33,909 nucleotides of DNA from an uncultured Anaerolineaceae bacterium (GCA_964642085.1 CAZXLP010000001.1:1-33909); one strand, 5' to 3'. Shown: positions 24,797 through 33,230, counted from the first letter of the stretch. Program-made: numbers and translations. Notes: generated by a model from the letters alone, not told the origin.

Positions 24797-25189
24797 TCAG
24801 TTCCGCCTCGGTTGCCGGACGGCAACGGCTAGGAAGCCGACGACCGAGATAAGCGCGAGCGCCGGAATGGCAGCCTTCGCCGCACGCGGAGGGAGGGCCC
24901 ACTCGAACATCGGCACCGGGTCGCCCAAGCCGGCCTGAAACTCTCCGAACGGGCAGTCACCACTGCCGACCACGAGCGCTGCGCCCTCGGCAGCAAGCAA
25001 TGCCATCGACGAGTAGGTGAGTCGATCGCGCCGTCGCAGGGCCGCCGACAGCCAGATGTACGCGAGGCCGGCGAGGTTCAAGAAGCCCCACGTCGCGTGA
25101 GCGATACGGAACAGCCTTGGTCGCATCCTGAGCGTCGACCAGGTCGGGCGAAGCCCTGTGTCGGTGGATTGGTCCACATGCGACCTCAT
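24797..25189 (-). CDS. small hypothetical membrane protein
   Basis: ORF 24797..25414 trimmed to ATG 25189, which overlaps the VKOR stop (ATGA). Has 2-3 hydrophobic helices. Confidence 0.45.
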   Translation of the reverse strand: MRSHVDQSTDTGLRPTWSTLRMRPRLFRIAHATWGFLNLAGLAYIWLSAALRRRDRLTYSSMALLAAEGAALVVGSGDCPFGEFQAGLGDPVPMFEWALPPRAAKAAIPALALISVVGFLAVAVRQPRRN

Positions 25190-25668
25190 GTTGGTCCTGT
25201 CGCAGATGGGTGCCCAGGCTTTGGTTGGCGGTACCAGACGATCAGGGCGATCAGAAAGCGGAGCAGCAGCGAGATTTCGTATGTCACGCACCAGATGCAG
25301 ACTGCTTTGATCACAAAGACCTGCAGGTACAGGAAGTAGCCGTCGAAGGTGACGCCGACCAGCGAGAGCCCGTAGTGGCCGAGGAGCAGGCCATAGATGT
25401 TGGTTTTCCACCACGCGATCGCCAGGCCAAGCAACGCGACCGACAGCAGGACACCGAAGACCGCGACGGGAACGCCGCCGATCCGGGCGTACTCACTGAG
25501 CGCCACTTCCTCGCAGCCTTTGATGACCCCGCACGCCGGAAGGTTGCCAGACAACTCGACCACGGTGAGGTAGCCCGCGACGCCGAGCCCGATCAGGTCC
25601 AAGACGGCGAGGATGATTGCGGGATGGACCCCGAACAACCTGCGCGCCGGAACGCGCTGGGTGATCAC
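25186..25668 (-). CDS. vitamin K epoxide reductase (VKOR) family thiol oxidoreductase
   Basis: 160 aa with 4 TM helices, loop cysteines PACGVIKGC and the active-site CIWC motif. GTG 25668 overlaps the upstream stop (GTGA). Confidence 0.8.
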   Translation of the reverse strand: MITQRVPARRLFGVHPAIILAVLDLIGLGVAGYLTVVELSGNLPACGVIKGCEEVALSEYARIGGVPVAVFGVLLSVALLGLAIAWWKTNIYGLLLGHYGLSLVGVTFDGYFLYLQVFVIKAVCIWCVTYEISLLLRFLIALIVWYRQPKPGHPSATGPT

Positions 25669-25883
25669 GGAATACCGGCCGCCACGACGTCACGCGTTGA
25701 CTGCCCTGCCGCCTGACGGATCAGGTCAGAGAGTTGCGAAACCGTGGGCACACCGGTCACTTGATATCCGTTGATGAAGAGTGTGGGCGTCGAGTTGATG
25801 CCCGCGGTGAGCCCCTGCTGTGTTTCGCTCCGCACGGCGGCTTGCTTGTCGCCCGTGGCCATGCACGTGTCGTAGGCGGATAG
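25665..25883 (-). pseudogene. 5'-truncated DsbA-like thioredoxin-fold gene (C-terminal third only)
   Basis: LSAYDTCMATGDKQAAVRSETQQGLTAGINSTPTLFINGYQVTG matches the C-terminal part of DsbA-family proteins. The CxxC-bearing N-terminal part is absent, and homology stops where the ADH-end copy begins. Confidence 0.55.
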
Positions 25884-25958
25884 GTCCAGCTCGGCGAGGC
25901 CTACCGGATCTTCAGCAACCGTCTGGACAACGTCCTGAAGGTCGCAATTCGACCGTAA
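25884..25958 (+). pseudogene. second, diverged copy of the last ~25 codons of the ADH gene
   Basis: Colinear with 23695-23769 at a constant offset of 2189. Encodes QLGEAYRIFSNRLDNVLKVAIRP-stop. Differences are mostly synonymous. Confidence 0.8.
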
Positions 25959-26040
25959 GCGCTGAATTGAAGGCCGGTAGTTGCACTAGCCGCAAACTGA
26001 AACGGAGACGTGGGTGTCGGGGGCGGGGTCGGCGGGCGGT

Positions 26041-26460
26041 TCAGTCGCCTTGCTTGGTGAAGCCGCGCCCCTCTGCTTCCCGGAACTGATCGTGAGCCAC
26101 TTCCTCGGATTTCTCGGCTACATCGACCTGATGGGTCGCGCGTGCCTTATCGCCCTCGGCGACGGCGGTCGCCAGCAAGGCCGCCTCCGCCGCAGCTGAC
26201 GCGGCTCTCTTGGCGCTGCTAGCTGCGGCCATGGCGCGGTCCACAGCTTCCGCCGCAGCCTTGGCGGCCTCCGCCGCAGACCTGGAGGCTGCCTCGGTTT
26301 CGACAGCAGCCTCTTCCGCGGCGTGCGCCGCCGCGAGTGCCAAGGAGGCGATCTTTACCGCCGTCTTTGCTGCCGCCGTGTCGCGCTCGGCGGCTCGCCA
26401 ACTGCCGAGCAGTTCTGCAGCTTGTCCGGACTCGGGCTTCGACTCCGATTTCTTGTCCAC
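26041..26460 (-). CDS. Ala-rich helical hypothetical protein
   Basis: GTG 26460 with AAGAGGAGG upstream. 139 aa, charged ends and a long Ala/Glu-rich helical core. Confidence 0.5.
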   Translation of the reverse strand: MDKKSESKPESGQAAELLGSWRAAERDTAAAKTAVKIASLALAAAHAAEEAAVETEAASRSAAEAAKAAAEAVDRAMAAASSAKRAASAAAEAALLATAVAEGDKARATHQVDVAEKSEEVAHDQFREAEGRGFTKQGD

Positions 26461-26488
26461 GCCGACCTCCTCTTTGGCCCAACGCGAT

Positions 26489-26632
26489 TCAGCTTATCGA
26501 ATCAGTCCCTCGTCCCGTGGCAGATGGGTGCCCAGGCTTTGGTTGGCGGTACCAGACGATCAGGGCGATCAGAAATCGGAGCAGCAGTGAGATCTCGTAG
26601 GTCACGCACCAGATACAGACCGCTTTGATCAC
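26489..26632 (-). pseudogene. second, diverged copy of the last ~40 codons of VKOR
   Basis: Colinear with 25194-25314 at offset 1318. Encodes ..VIKAVCIWCVTYEISLLLRFLIALIVWYRQPKPGHPSATG.. There is no VKOR sequence upstream of 26632. Confidence 0.8.
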
Positions 26633-26813
26633 TACGTCGTCAATCACAGCCACTGCACCGTCCTCATCGCCCGCTGAGACTCGGCCGGTGCGGGACCTTT
26701 CGGACCGCTATTAGGGCCATCCGGCCCTCCTGCCCGGTGGCGCTTAGGATCAATATGTCGTTGGCAAGATGGCTGCCAGGTTGGTGGCAATCAGCCCTGA
26801 GGGAGGTTCGGTG

Positions 26814-27578
26814 ATGAGCTCGCTGCGCACGGTTATCTACGTTCTGGGTGCACTCGCGGCGATCACACTCGCTCTGCTGGTAATTCCGGCAGTCGGGCTT
26901 AGCGGCGACGTGCGCACCTATGTGACCTGGGTCTTCTGGATCTCGTTCATCGCGTTGCTGGTCGCGCTGTACATGCGCCATCGCAACGCGGAAGGCTCGG
27001 ACGAGGTCGAGGTCGCGGGACCTGGCTTCGCTCGCTTCCTGTTCAACAACCGAGCCGCGGGCCTGTTCTGGCTACCGATCCGGATCTTCCTCGGCGTCTC
27101 GTGGCTGGACGCCGGGCTGCACAAGTTCAACGATCCGGGCTGGATGCAGGGTGGTTCTTCGTTGCTCGCCTACTGGAATCGCGCGGCGGCTATTCCCGAG
27201 GCTCCCGCTCGACCAGCGATCACCTACGACTGGTATCGCGACTTCATCAACTTCCTCATCAACGGCAACCACGAGGGTTGGTTCGCCGTGCTGATCACGT
27301 TCGGTGAGATCGCCGTAGGTCTGGGCCTCATCTTCGGTGCGCTGACCGGCCTCGCCGCTTTCTCCGGCGCGCTCATGAACATGTCGTTCCTGCTCGCCGG
27401 TTCCGCCTCGAGCAACCCGGTCCTGTTCACCTTCGCGATCGGGCTGATCCTCGCCTGGAAGGTCGCCGGCTATTACGGGCTCGACCGCTATCTCCTGCCG
27501 CGACTCGGCACTCCCTGGAAGCCGGGCGCGCTCTTCCGGCGCGGCCAACCGCCAGCCGAAGGACCATCAACGGCCTAG
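26814..27578 (+). CDS. DoxX-family membrane protein
   Basis: GGGAGG, then GTG 26811 / ATG 26814. Multi-TM. LPIRIFLGVSWLDAGLHKF and FGEIAVGLGLIFG resemble DoxX/DoxD family motifs. Confidence 0.6.
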   Translation: MSSLRTVIYVLGALAAITLALLVIPAVGLSGDVRTYVTWVFWISFIALLVALYMRHRNAEGSDEVEVAGPGFARFLFNNRAAGLFWLPIRIFLGVSWLDAGLHKFNDPGWMQGGSSLLAYWNRAAAIPEAPARPAITYDWYRDFINFLINGNHEGWFAVLITFGEIAVGLGLIFGALTGLAAFSGALMNMSFLLAGSASSNPVLFTFAIGLILAWKVAGYYGLDRYLLPRLGTPWKPGALFRRGQPPAEGPSTA

Positions 27579-27616
27579 CCCAACCTGCGGCCGCCCACCG
27601 CGGCCGTCCATGCCGG

Positions 27617-27647
27617 GCGACGGCAGGGACACTCTCCCTGCTGTCGC
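27617..27647 (+). terminator. 13-bp stem hairpin downstream of the DoxX gene
   Basis: gcgacggcaggga-cactc-tccctgctgtcgc (one G-U pair). No U-tract. Confidence 0.35.
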
Positions 27648-27700
27648 CTCATGTCCGCTGAAGGGTCCTGACGGCCCCCGTCGCTATACTCGGCGCTCCG

Positions 27701-28213
27701 ATGGCCCGAAGAAACAAGTCACGCGGTAGCGGCGTGCTCCGCGCACTCAACCTGATCCCGTTCCTGCCGCTTGCGGGACGCGCCCCCATGTACGCGCGCC
27801 TGCTCTGGGCGCTCGCTCGTGATCCGCGCGTGCCCGCCGCGCGCAAGGCACTGCTTGGGCTGGCCGGCGCGTACATCGTCAGCCCTTTCGACCTCGTCCC
27901 GGAGCGCATCCCATTCGTCGGTGCGTTGGACGACATCGCCGTGATGGTCCTGGCCATCGACGTCTTCCTCGAGGGTCTTCCCGAGACGCTGGTCAACGAG
28001 AAGCTGGTCGAGCTGGGCATTCCGCCCTCCGAGCTCGAGTCGGATCTCGCGCGCGTGAGGAAGCTGGTACCCGGACCTGTCCGGGCGGTTGTCGGTCGGG
28101 TTCCCGCTGTTATCGATCGGCTGGCTCAAAAGGTTGGCGATAGCGGCATCGATCGGAAGGTCCGCGGCCTGATCGCCAGTCGGCTGCCTGGCAGTGAGGG
28201 GAGCGCAGCGTGA
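27701..28213 (+). CDS. DUF1232 (YkvA-like) membrane protein
   Basis: YIVSPFDLVPERIPFVGALDDIAVMVLAI matches the DUF1232 core as I recall it. Stop overlaps the rplI start (GTGA). Confidence 0.6.
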   Translation: MARRNKSRGSGVLRALNLIPFLPLAGRAPMYARLLWALARDPRVPAARKALLGLAGAYIVSPFDLVPERIPFVGALDDIAVMVLAIDVFLEGLPETLVNEKLVELGIPPSELESDLARVRKLVPGPVRAVVGRVPAVIDRLAQKVGDSGIDRKVRGLIASRLPGSEGSAA

Positions 28214-28656
28214 AGGTCATCCTGACTTCGGACGTGGACAAGCTCGGCAAGAGCGGCGAGCTCAAGGAGGTCGCCGAGGGCTTCGCCCGGAACTACCTGC
28301 TGGCACGAAAGCTGGCCGTGCCCGCGACCGGTGGCGCGTATCGGGCGTGGCAGCACGACATCGCCAGCCGCGAAGACAAGCGCAAGCGCGAGAAGGAAGA
28401 GGCTGAGATCGCCGCCCAGAGAATCTCCTCGACCACCCTGACCATGGGCGTCAAGGTCGGTGAGGGCGGAAAGCTCTATGGATCGATCACCTCGAAGGAG
28501 ATCGCCGACGCGCTCGAGCGCCGCGGCATCAAGATCGACCGCCACAAGATCGACCTCGACGAGCCGCTGAAGATGCTCGGCACGTACAAGGTCGCGATAA
28601 AGGTTTACCCAGGCCTGACGCCAGAGGTCACGATCGCCGTAGAGCCCAAGGGCTAG
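28210..28656 (+). CDS. rplI: 50S ribosomal protein L9
   Basis: MKVILTSDVDKLGKSGELKEVAEGFARNYLLARKLA is the canonical L9 N-terminus. 148 aa. Confidence 0.95.
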   Translation: MKVILTSDVDKLGKSGELKEVAEGFARNYLLARKLAVPATGGAYRAWQHDIASREDKRKREKEEAEIAAQRISSTTLTMGVKVGEGGKLYGSITSKEIADALERRGIKIDRHKIDLDEPLKMLGTYKVAIKVYPGLTPEVTIAVEPKG

Positions 28657-29969
28657 CTCCGGTCAGTCGTCGTCGCGCCGGGGAGCCCGGTGAATGGTTG
28701 CCCGAGGAACGGGCAGACGTCGCAAAGCATTCGCTTGAACGGGCACGGATCCACTCGACATTTGACGGCGCGGCCGGCCAGCGCAAGGCCAACCCGACCC
28801 AGAGCCTGCTGCCAGCGACCCCTGATCAGCACGACGTCGCCCTCTACGAGCTCGTCGCGCAGCAACTCCACGGCCTCATGTGCCTGGCGTACGTGGTCGA
28901 TCTGATCGCGGCTCAGCCCGCCCGCCACCGCGCCTGATCGGTACAGCTTGAAATTCTTGCCCGAGCCCACGAAGATCGCGCGGTCGACGACCTGCGCCGC
29001 CTTCCTGCCTGCGTCTCGGTAGGCCGTTCGTCCGGTTTCCTCGGCTATCTCGCCGAAGACGACCATGTGCCGCTTTGCGGGAATAGCGGCCAATGTCTCG
29101 ATCGCCGCGTCCCAGGCATCCGCGGTCCCCTTGAACTCATCGCGCAGCACGAATGCTCCGTTGGGCAGCGCCATCGTTTGCATGCGGCCAGGGGTTGGAT
29201 CGACTGACTCAACGGCCGCGATCGCTCCGTCGAGCGACAGACCTTCAATGTGCGCGACGGCGAGCGCGGCAACTGCCGCGTAAACCATATGGCGGCCGAC
29301 GAGGCGCGTGCGCACGGGACGACTCTCACCGCCGACGTGAACGACGAACCGCATTCCGTGCGGCCAGTCGAGCTCGATATCGGTTGCTCGCACCTCGGCG
29401 TCCGACGCCTCGCCGACCATGACGACTCGAGCCTTCGTCTGCGTGGCCATCCAGCGCACGTTCGGGTCATCGGCGTTCAGCACCGCGACGCCCGTCGCGG
29501 ACAAGGTGCGAACGATGTCCGCCTTCTCGTCACGCGTCGCCTCGAGCGTAGGGAACGACTGCCAGTGGTCACGGGCAATCGCGGTGACCACCACGACGTC
29601 AGGGCGAACGGTGGTCGCCTGGATGCGCATCTGACCTGGTCCGTTGATGGCGACCTCGAGCACGGCGTGCGTCTGCCATGGACGTACGCTGAGCAGCGCC
29701 CTGCCAACGGCTGCGTGGCTGTTCGCGTTGAGAAACGCCGGTCGAGACACCTGCAATCCGAGTGCTGCCGACACGGTTCGCATGGTTGTCGTCTTGCCCA
29801 CCGACCCGATCACGGCGACGATTCGCGGACGCCGGCCGACTGACATCCTGTACACCCTGGCGACGCGGGCCATGACAGGCCAGAGCTTCGTGCTGTAGCG
29901 GCGTCGGAGCTCCAGGCGACCGGGCCGCGATCGGATCAACCACAGGATGTCCCTGCGTCGTGGAGTCAC
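28653..29969 (-). CDS. Mur ligase family protein (MurF-like middle and C-terminal domains) with Cys-rich C-terminal tail
   Basis: ORF 28653..30578 trimmed to GTG 29969, which overlaps the asnB stop (GTGA); alternatives are ATG 29873 or 29846. P-loop IGSVGKTTT, TAIARDHWQSF, LNADDPNV, PGRMQ. Tail CRVDPCPFKRMLCDVCPF. Confidence 0.75.
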   Translation of the reverse strand: MTPRRRDILWLIRSRPGRLELRRRYSTKLWPVMARVARVYRMSVGRRPRIVAVIGSVGKTTTMRTVSAALGLQVSRPAFLNANSHAAVGRALLSVRPWQTHAVLEVAINGPGQMRIQATTVRPDVVVVTAIARDHWQSFPTLEATRDEKADIVRTLSATGVAVLNADDPNVRWMATQTKARVVMVGEASDAEVRATDIELDWPHGMRFVVHVGGESRPVRTRLVGRHMVYAAVAALAVAHIEGLSLDGAIAAVESVDPTPGRMQTMALPNGAFVLRDEFKGTADAWDAAIETLAAIPAKRHMVVFGEIAEETGRTAYRDAGRKAAQVVDRAIFVGSGKNFKLYRSGAVAGGLSRDQIDHVRQAHEAVELLRDELVEGDVVLIRGRWQQALGRVGLALAGRAVKCRVDPCPFKRMLCDVCPFLGQPFTGLPGATTTDRS

Positions 29970-31810
29970 GGCATGCGACCGTCGAACGGCTCGCGGTTCC
30001 CCTCCACGCAGACCTGGTGCCACAGGACGATCCTGCCCATCATCCACGCGTCGCGCGTCTTGCGGTTGTCTCCCGCCAGAAATCCATCGACCACCTCCTG
30101 GGCCTCTGATCGGCCCAGATGTGATCGAGCCACGATCTCGTGTTGCGGGACCCGCGACAGCCAGGCGCGCAGCTCGGGCATCTCGCGCAGATAGGTCGAA
30201 TAGGGTGAAGTCCAGCCGCGCTTGCGACGGTTGAGAACCGACTCCGGCAGCCTCGTGGCCATTGCCTCGCGCAGTGGCTGCTTCCCGTGCGGCCCGCGGA
30301 AGAGATCGGCAGTTTTGGCCAGACCCGCGAATTCCAGCAGAAGCGGGTCGGTGAAGGGAAGCCGCGCCTCGATGGCCGCGCCCATGGTCAGCCGGTCGCC
30401 GGTGGCCACGATCGACGGCAGATGAGTGTGCCGCTCGTACGCCATCGCCTGGCGAACGGGTTCGGAGTAGTCCTGGATCGCGGCGGCGGCGACCTCGGCG
30501 CGATAAGGCGCCCAGTCGGCCAGCGGCACCTCCGTGAAGCGCATCGGGTCGCCGTCGGCATAGCTCGCCGCGATCCATTCAACATCGGTGAGCTTGCTGG
30601 CCGATACCGCGCGAGCCCAGCGCGAGCCGAAGCGCAGCCGACTGCGGAAGGGCGAGAGGATTCGGCCCGTCCAGTTGACGTAGCGCTGGTATCGGTATAG
30701 CCGCAGGCGGCCGTAGCCGCCGAAGAGCTCGTCGGCCGTCTCGCCGGTTAGCAGGACTCGGACGTGGTTTCGCGCGTACCGGCTGATCGCGAGTATCTCC
30801 GGGCTGGCTGGAAAGTTGATCGGCTCATCGAGGTGCCAGGTCGCGTCAACCAACAGCCCGGGGCGCTCCTCGTCAGGAATTCGAAGCTCGTGGTGTTCGA
30901 CCCCCGCTCGTTCGGCGGCAGCGGACGCGTATTCGCCCTCGTCCAGCGCGGTTCCGTCATAGCGCACCGTGAATGCCGGTAGACGACGCGTACTCAGACT
31001 GGCACCCACCGCGGTTATCGCGCTCGAGTCGAGACCGCCGGATAGCAGCGTGCCGACGGGGACATCGGCGATCAGTCGACGCCGTACCGATGCCTCCAAG
31101 AGCGGTCCGAACGATTCCTTGCTGGGCGCGCGCCCTATGGTCGGGTACCGCCACCACTGCTGGGTCTCGAGGCCATTCCGGTCGACCCGTAGCCAGTGCG
31201 CGGGCAACAGGCGCTGGACGCCGCGGTAGACGGTTCGCGCACCGGCAACTGACCGAAAGGTCATGAGCTCGAGCCACGTTTCGTCCGCGAAAGCCCTGGG
31301 CACCCCGGCAGCGAACAGTGCCTTCGGCTCGGACGCGAAGTACAGCCTGCCTTCATGGATCGCGTAATAGAAAGGCTTCTCGCCGACGCGATCGCGCGCC
31401 GCGAAGAGCTCGCGCCGGACCGAATCCCAGATGGCGAAGGCGAACATCCCGTCCAATCGGTCGAGCATCCGCGGGCCATCGAGCGCGTAGAGCTGGAGAA
31501 GCACCTCTGTATCCGTTGTCGTGCGTAGCTCGACGCCGCGACCGGTGAGCTCATCGCGCAGCTCGGGTCGGTTGTAGATCTCGCCGTTGTGGACGATGTG
31601 GAACCTGCCGTCGGGTGTTGACATCGGCATCAGCCCGCGCGGATCGAGGTCGACGATCGCCAGCCGGCACGCCGCGAGGCTCACGCCGGGCGCGTCGTAG
31701 TCACCGACTCCGTCAGGACCGCGATGGAGGATGCGGTCGCGCATCGCCGCCGCGATGCCCCGTCCAGGGTCAGAGCCATTCAGCGCAACGACACCAGCAA
31801 TCCCGCACAC
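29966..31810 (-). CDS. asnB: asparagine synthase (glutamine-hydrolysing) family amidotransferase
   Basis: GTG 31810 gives (M)CGIAG with the N-terminal nucleophile Cys. Synthetase PP-loop LLSGGLDSS. 614 aa. Confidence 0.85.
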   Translation of the reverse strand: MCGIAGVVALNGSDPGRGIAAAMRDRILHRGPDGVGDYDAPGVSLAACRLAIVDLDPRGLMPMSTPDGRFHIVHNGEIYNRPELRDELTGRGVELRTTTDTEVLLQLYALDGPRMLDRLDGMFAFAIWDSVRRELFAARDRVGEKPFYYAIHEGRLYFASEPKALFAAGVPRAFADETWLELMTFRSVAGARTVYRGVQRLLPAHWLRVDRNGLETQQWWRYPTIGRAPSKESFGPLLEASVRRRLIADVPVGTLLSGGLDSSAITAVGASLSTRRLPAFTVRYDGTALDEGEYASAAAERAGVEHHELRIPDEERPGLLVDATWHLDEPINFPASPEILAISRYARNHVRVLLTGETADELFGGYGRLRLYRYQRYVNWTGRILSPFRSRLRFGSRWARAVSASKLTDVEWIAASYADGDPMRFTEVPLADWAPYRAEVAAAAIQDYSEPVRQAMAYERHTHLPSIVATGDRLTMGAAIEARLPFTDPLLLEFAGLAKTADLFRGPHGKQPLREAMATRLPESVLNRRKRGWTSPYSTYLREMPELRAWLSRVPQHEIVARSHLGRSEAQEVVDGFLAGDNRKTRDAWMMGRIVLWHQVCVEGNREPFDGRMP

Positions 31811-31866
31811 AGTCTGGGCATTATCGAGCCACGCGATCACGTGCCTGGCTACCTGTCACAGACGGG

Positions 31867-33099
31867 GTGCATGATGGGCTCGTGGCCGGTGCCCGGACGA
31901 TCCTCCACGTCGACCTCGACGCGTTCTTCGCTGCCGTCGAACAGCGCGACAACCCAAAGTTGCGCGGCATGCCCGTCATCGTAGGCGGTGGCGGCCCCAA
32001 CGATCGCGGCGTGGTCAGCACCTGTTCCTACGAGGCGCGCGTATTCGGCATCCGGTCGGCCATGCCGCTGCGAACGGCTGGCGCCCTATGTCCACAGGCG
32101 ATCTTCGTTCCCGTCGACGGCCGCAAGTACGCGCGCGTCAGCCGCGAGGTGATGGACATCCTTCGCCGGTTCACGCCCCTGATCGAGCCGCTGTCGATCG
32201 ATGAGGCATTCCTCGATCTGACCGGCACCGAGGCGCTCTTCGGAACGGGCGAGGAGGTCGGCCGGAAGATCAAGCAGGCCATCCGCGATGACCTGCAGCT
32301 GACGGCGTCGGTGGGGGTCGCTTCGAATCGGCTGGTCGCCAAGATCGCTTCCGATCTTCGAAAACCGGATGGCCTGGTGGTGGTGCCCTTCGGCGAGGAA
32401 GAGGCGTTCCTTGCGCCCCTCGCGATTGAGCGTCTGTGGGGAGTTGGTGCCAAGTCTCGACGCGCGCTGACTGACTACGACGTGAAGACGATTGGCGACC
32501 TTGCGGCGCTGCCGGAGGACGTGCTGGTGCGCCGTTTCGGGAGCCAGGGCGCTTTGCTGTCGGCGCGCGCCAGGGGCATTGGAGACACCGAGGTCGGCGG
32601 GGAGGTGGCGGCCAAGTCGATCAGTCACGAGCACACCTTCGACGTCGACACCGATGATTGGGCGGTCATTGCGCGCACCCTGCTGGCGCTGTCCGAGGGC
32701 GTCGGCGGGCGGCTGCGCGCCGCGGGAGTGCTGGGCGCGACGGTCGCGGTCAAGATTCGAGATACGGACTTCGTCACCATCACCCGCCAACGGACACTCG
32801 AGGATCCGACCGACTCGACGGACCTCATCTGGCGGACCGCATGTGCGCTGGCGCGGCGAGAGGTGAAGGGGATGCGGGTTCGACTACTGGGCGTGGCCGC
32901 GAGCGGTCTCGACGAGCAGCGCCAGATGCCAATGTTCGAGGCCGAGGACGACAAACACCGACGCGCGGTACTGGCCACCGACTCGCTCCGCAACAGATAC
33001 GGCCCGCGATCGATCCGGCGCGCCAGCCTGCTCCAGGCGGACGTCGGCGCTCCATTCGAGCGCGACCCACGCCATGCGCCGCGAACGGAGCCGGAGTGA
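31867..33099 (+). CDS. dinB: DNA polymerase IV (Y-family)
   Basis: ILHVDLDAFFAAVEQRDNP, SIDEAFLD and the little-finger region. Start is GTG 31867 or 31882. The longer ORF is antisense to asnB. Confidence 0.9.
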   Translation: MHDGLVAGARTILHVDLDAFFAAVEQRDNPKLRGMPVIVGGGGPNDRGVVSTCSYEARVFGIRSAMPLRTAGALCPQAIFVPVDGRKYARVSREVMDILRRFTPLIEPLSIDEAFLDLTGTEALFGTGEEVGRKIKQAIRDDLQLTASVGVASNRLVAKIASDLRKPDGLVVVPFGEEEAFLAPLAIERLWGVGAKSRRALTDYDVKTIGDLAALPEDVLVRRFGSQGALLSARARGIGDTEVGGEVAAKSISHEHTFDVDTDDWAVIARTLLALSEGVGGRLRAAGVLGATVAVKIRDTDFVTITRQRTLEDPTDSTDLIWRTACALARREVKGMRVRLLGVAASGLDEQRQMPMFEAEDDKHRRAVLATDSLRNRYGPRSIRRASLLQADVGAPFERDPRHAPRTEPE

Positions 33100-33158
33100 C
33101 ACGCTAGCTGTCACGGGGCGGTCGCAGGCTTGTGTCTCAACCGCGAAATTCGCGGCTA

Positions 33159-33211
33159 TTGACAATCGAACGTCCGTTCGAATAGCGTAGCAACCTAGAA
33201 CAGATGTTCGA
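33159..33211 (+). promoter_or_regulatory. promoter with two SOS (LexA) boxes
   Basis: TTGACA (33159-33164), TCGAACGTCCGTTCGA (33166-33181, perfect palindrome), TAGCGT (33183-33188), and a second box TAGAACAGATGTTCGA (33196-33211). Confidence 0.75.
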
Positions 33212-33230
33212 TACGCCAGGAGGCGCAGGA

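Noticed and set aside
23770-26646. Mobile-element explanation (IS, integron or integrative island) for the duplicated ADH/VKOR ends
   Set aside because: I found no transposase, integrase, recombinase, terminal inverted repeats or attC-like sites. The duplicated segments are diverged gene ends, not identical target-site duplications.
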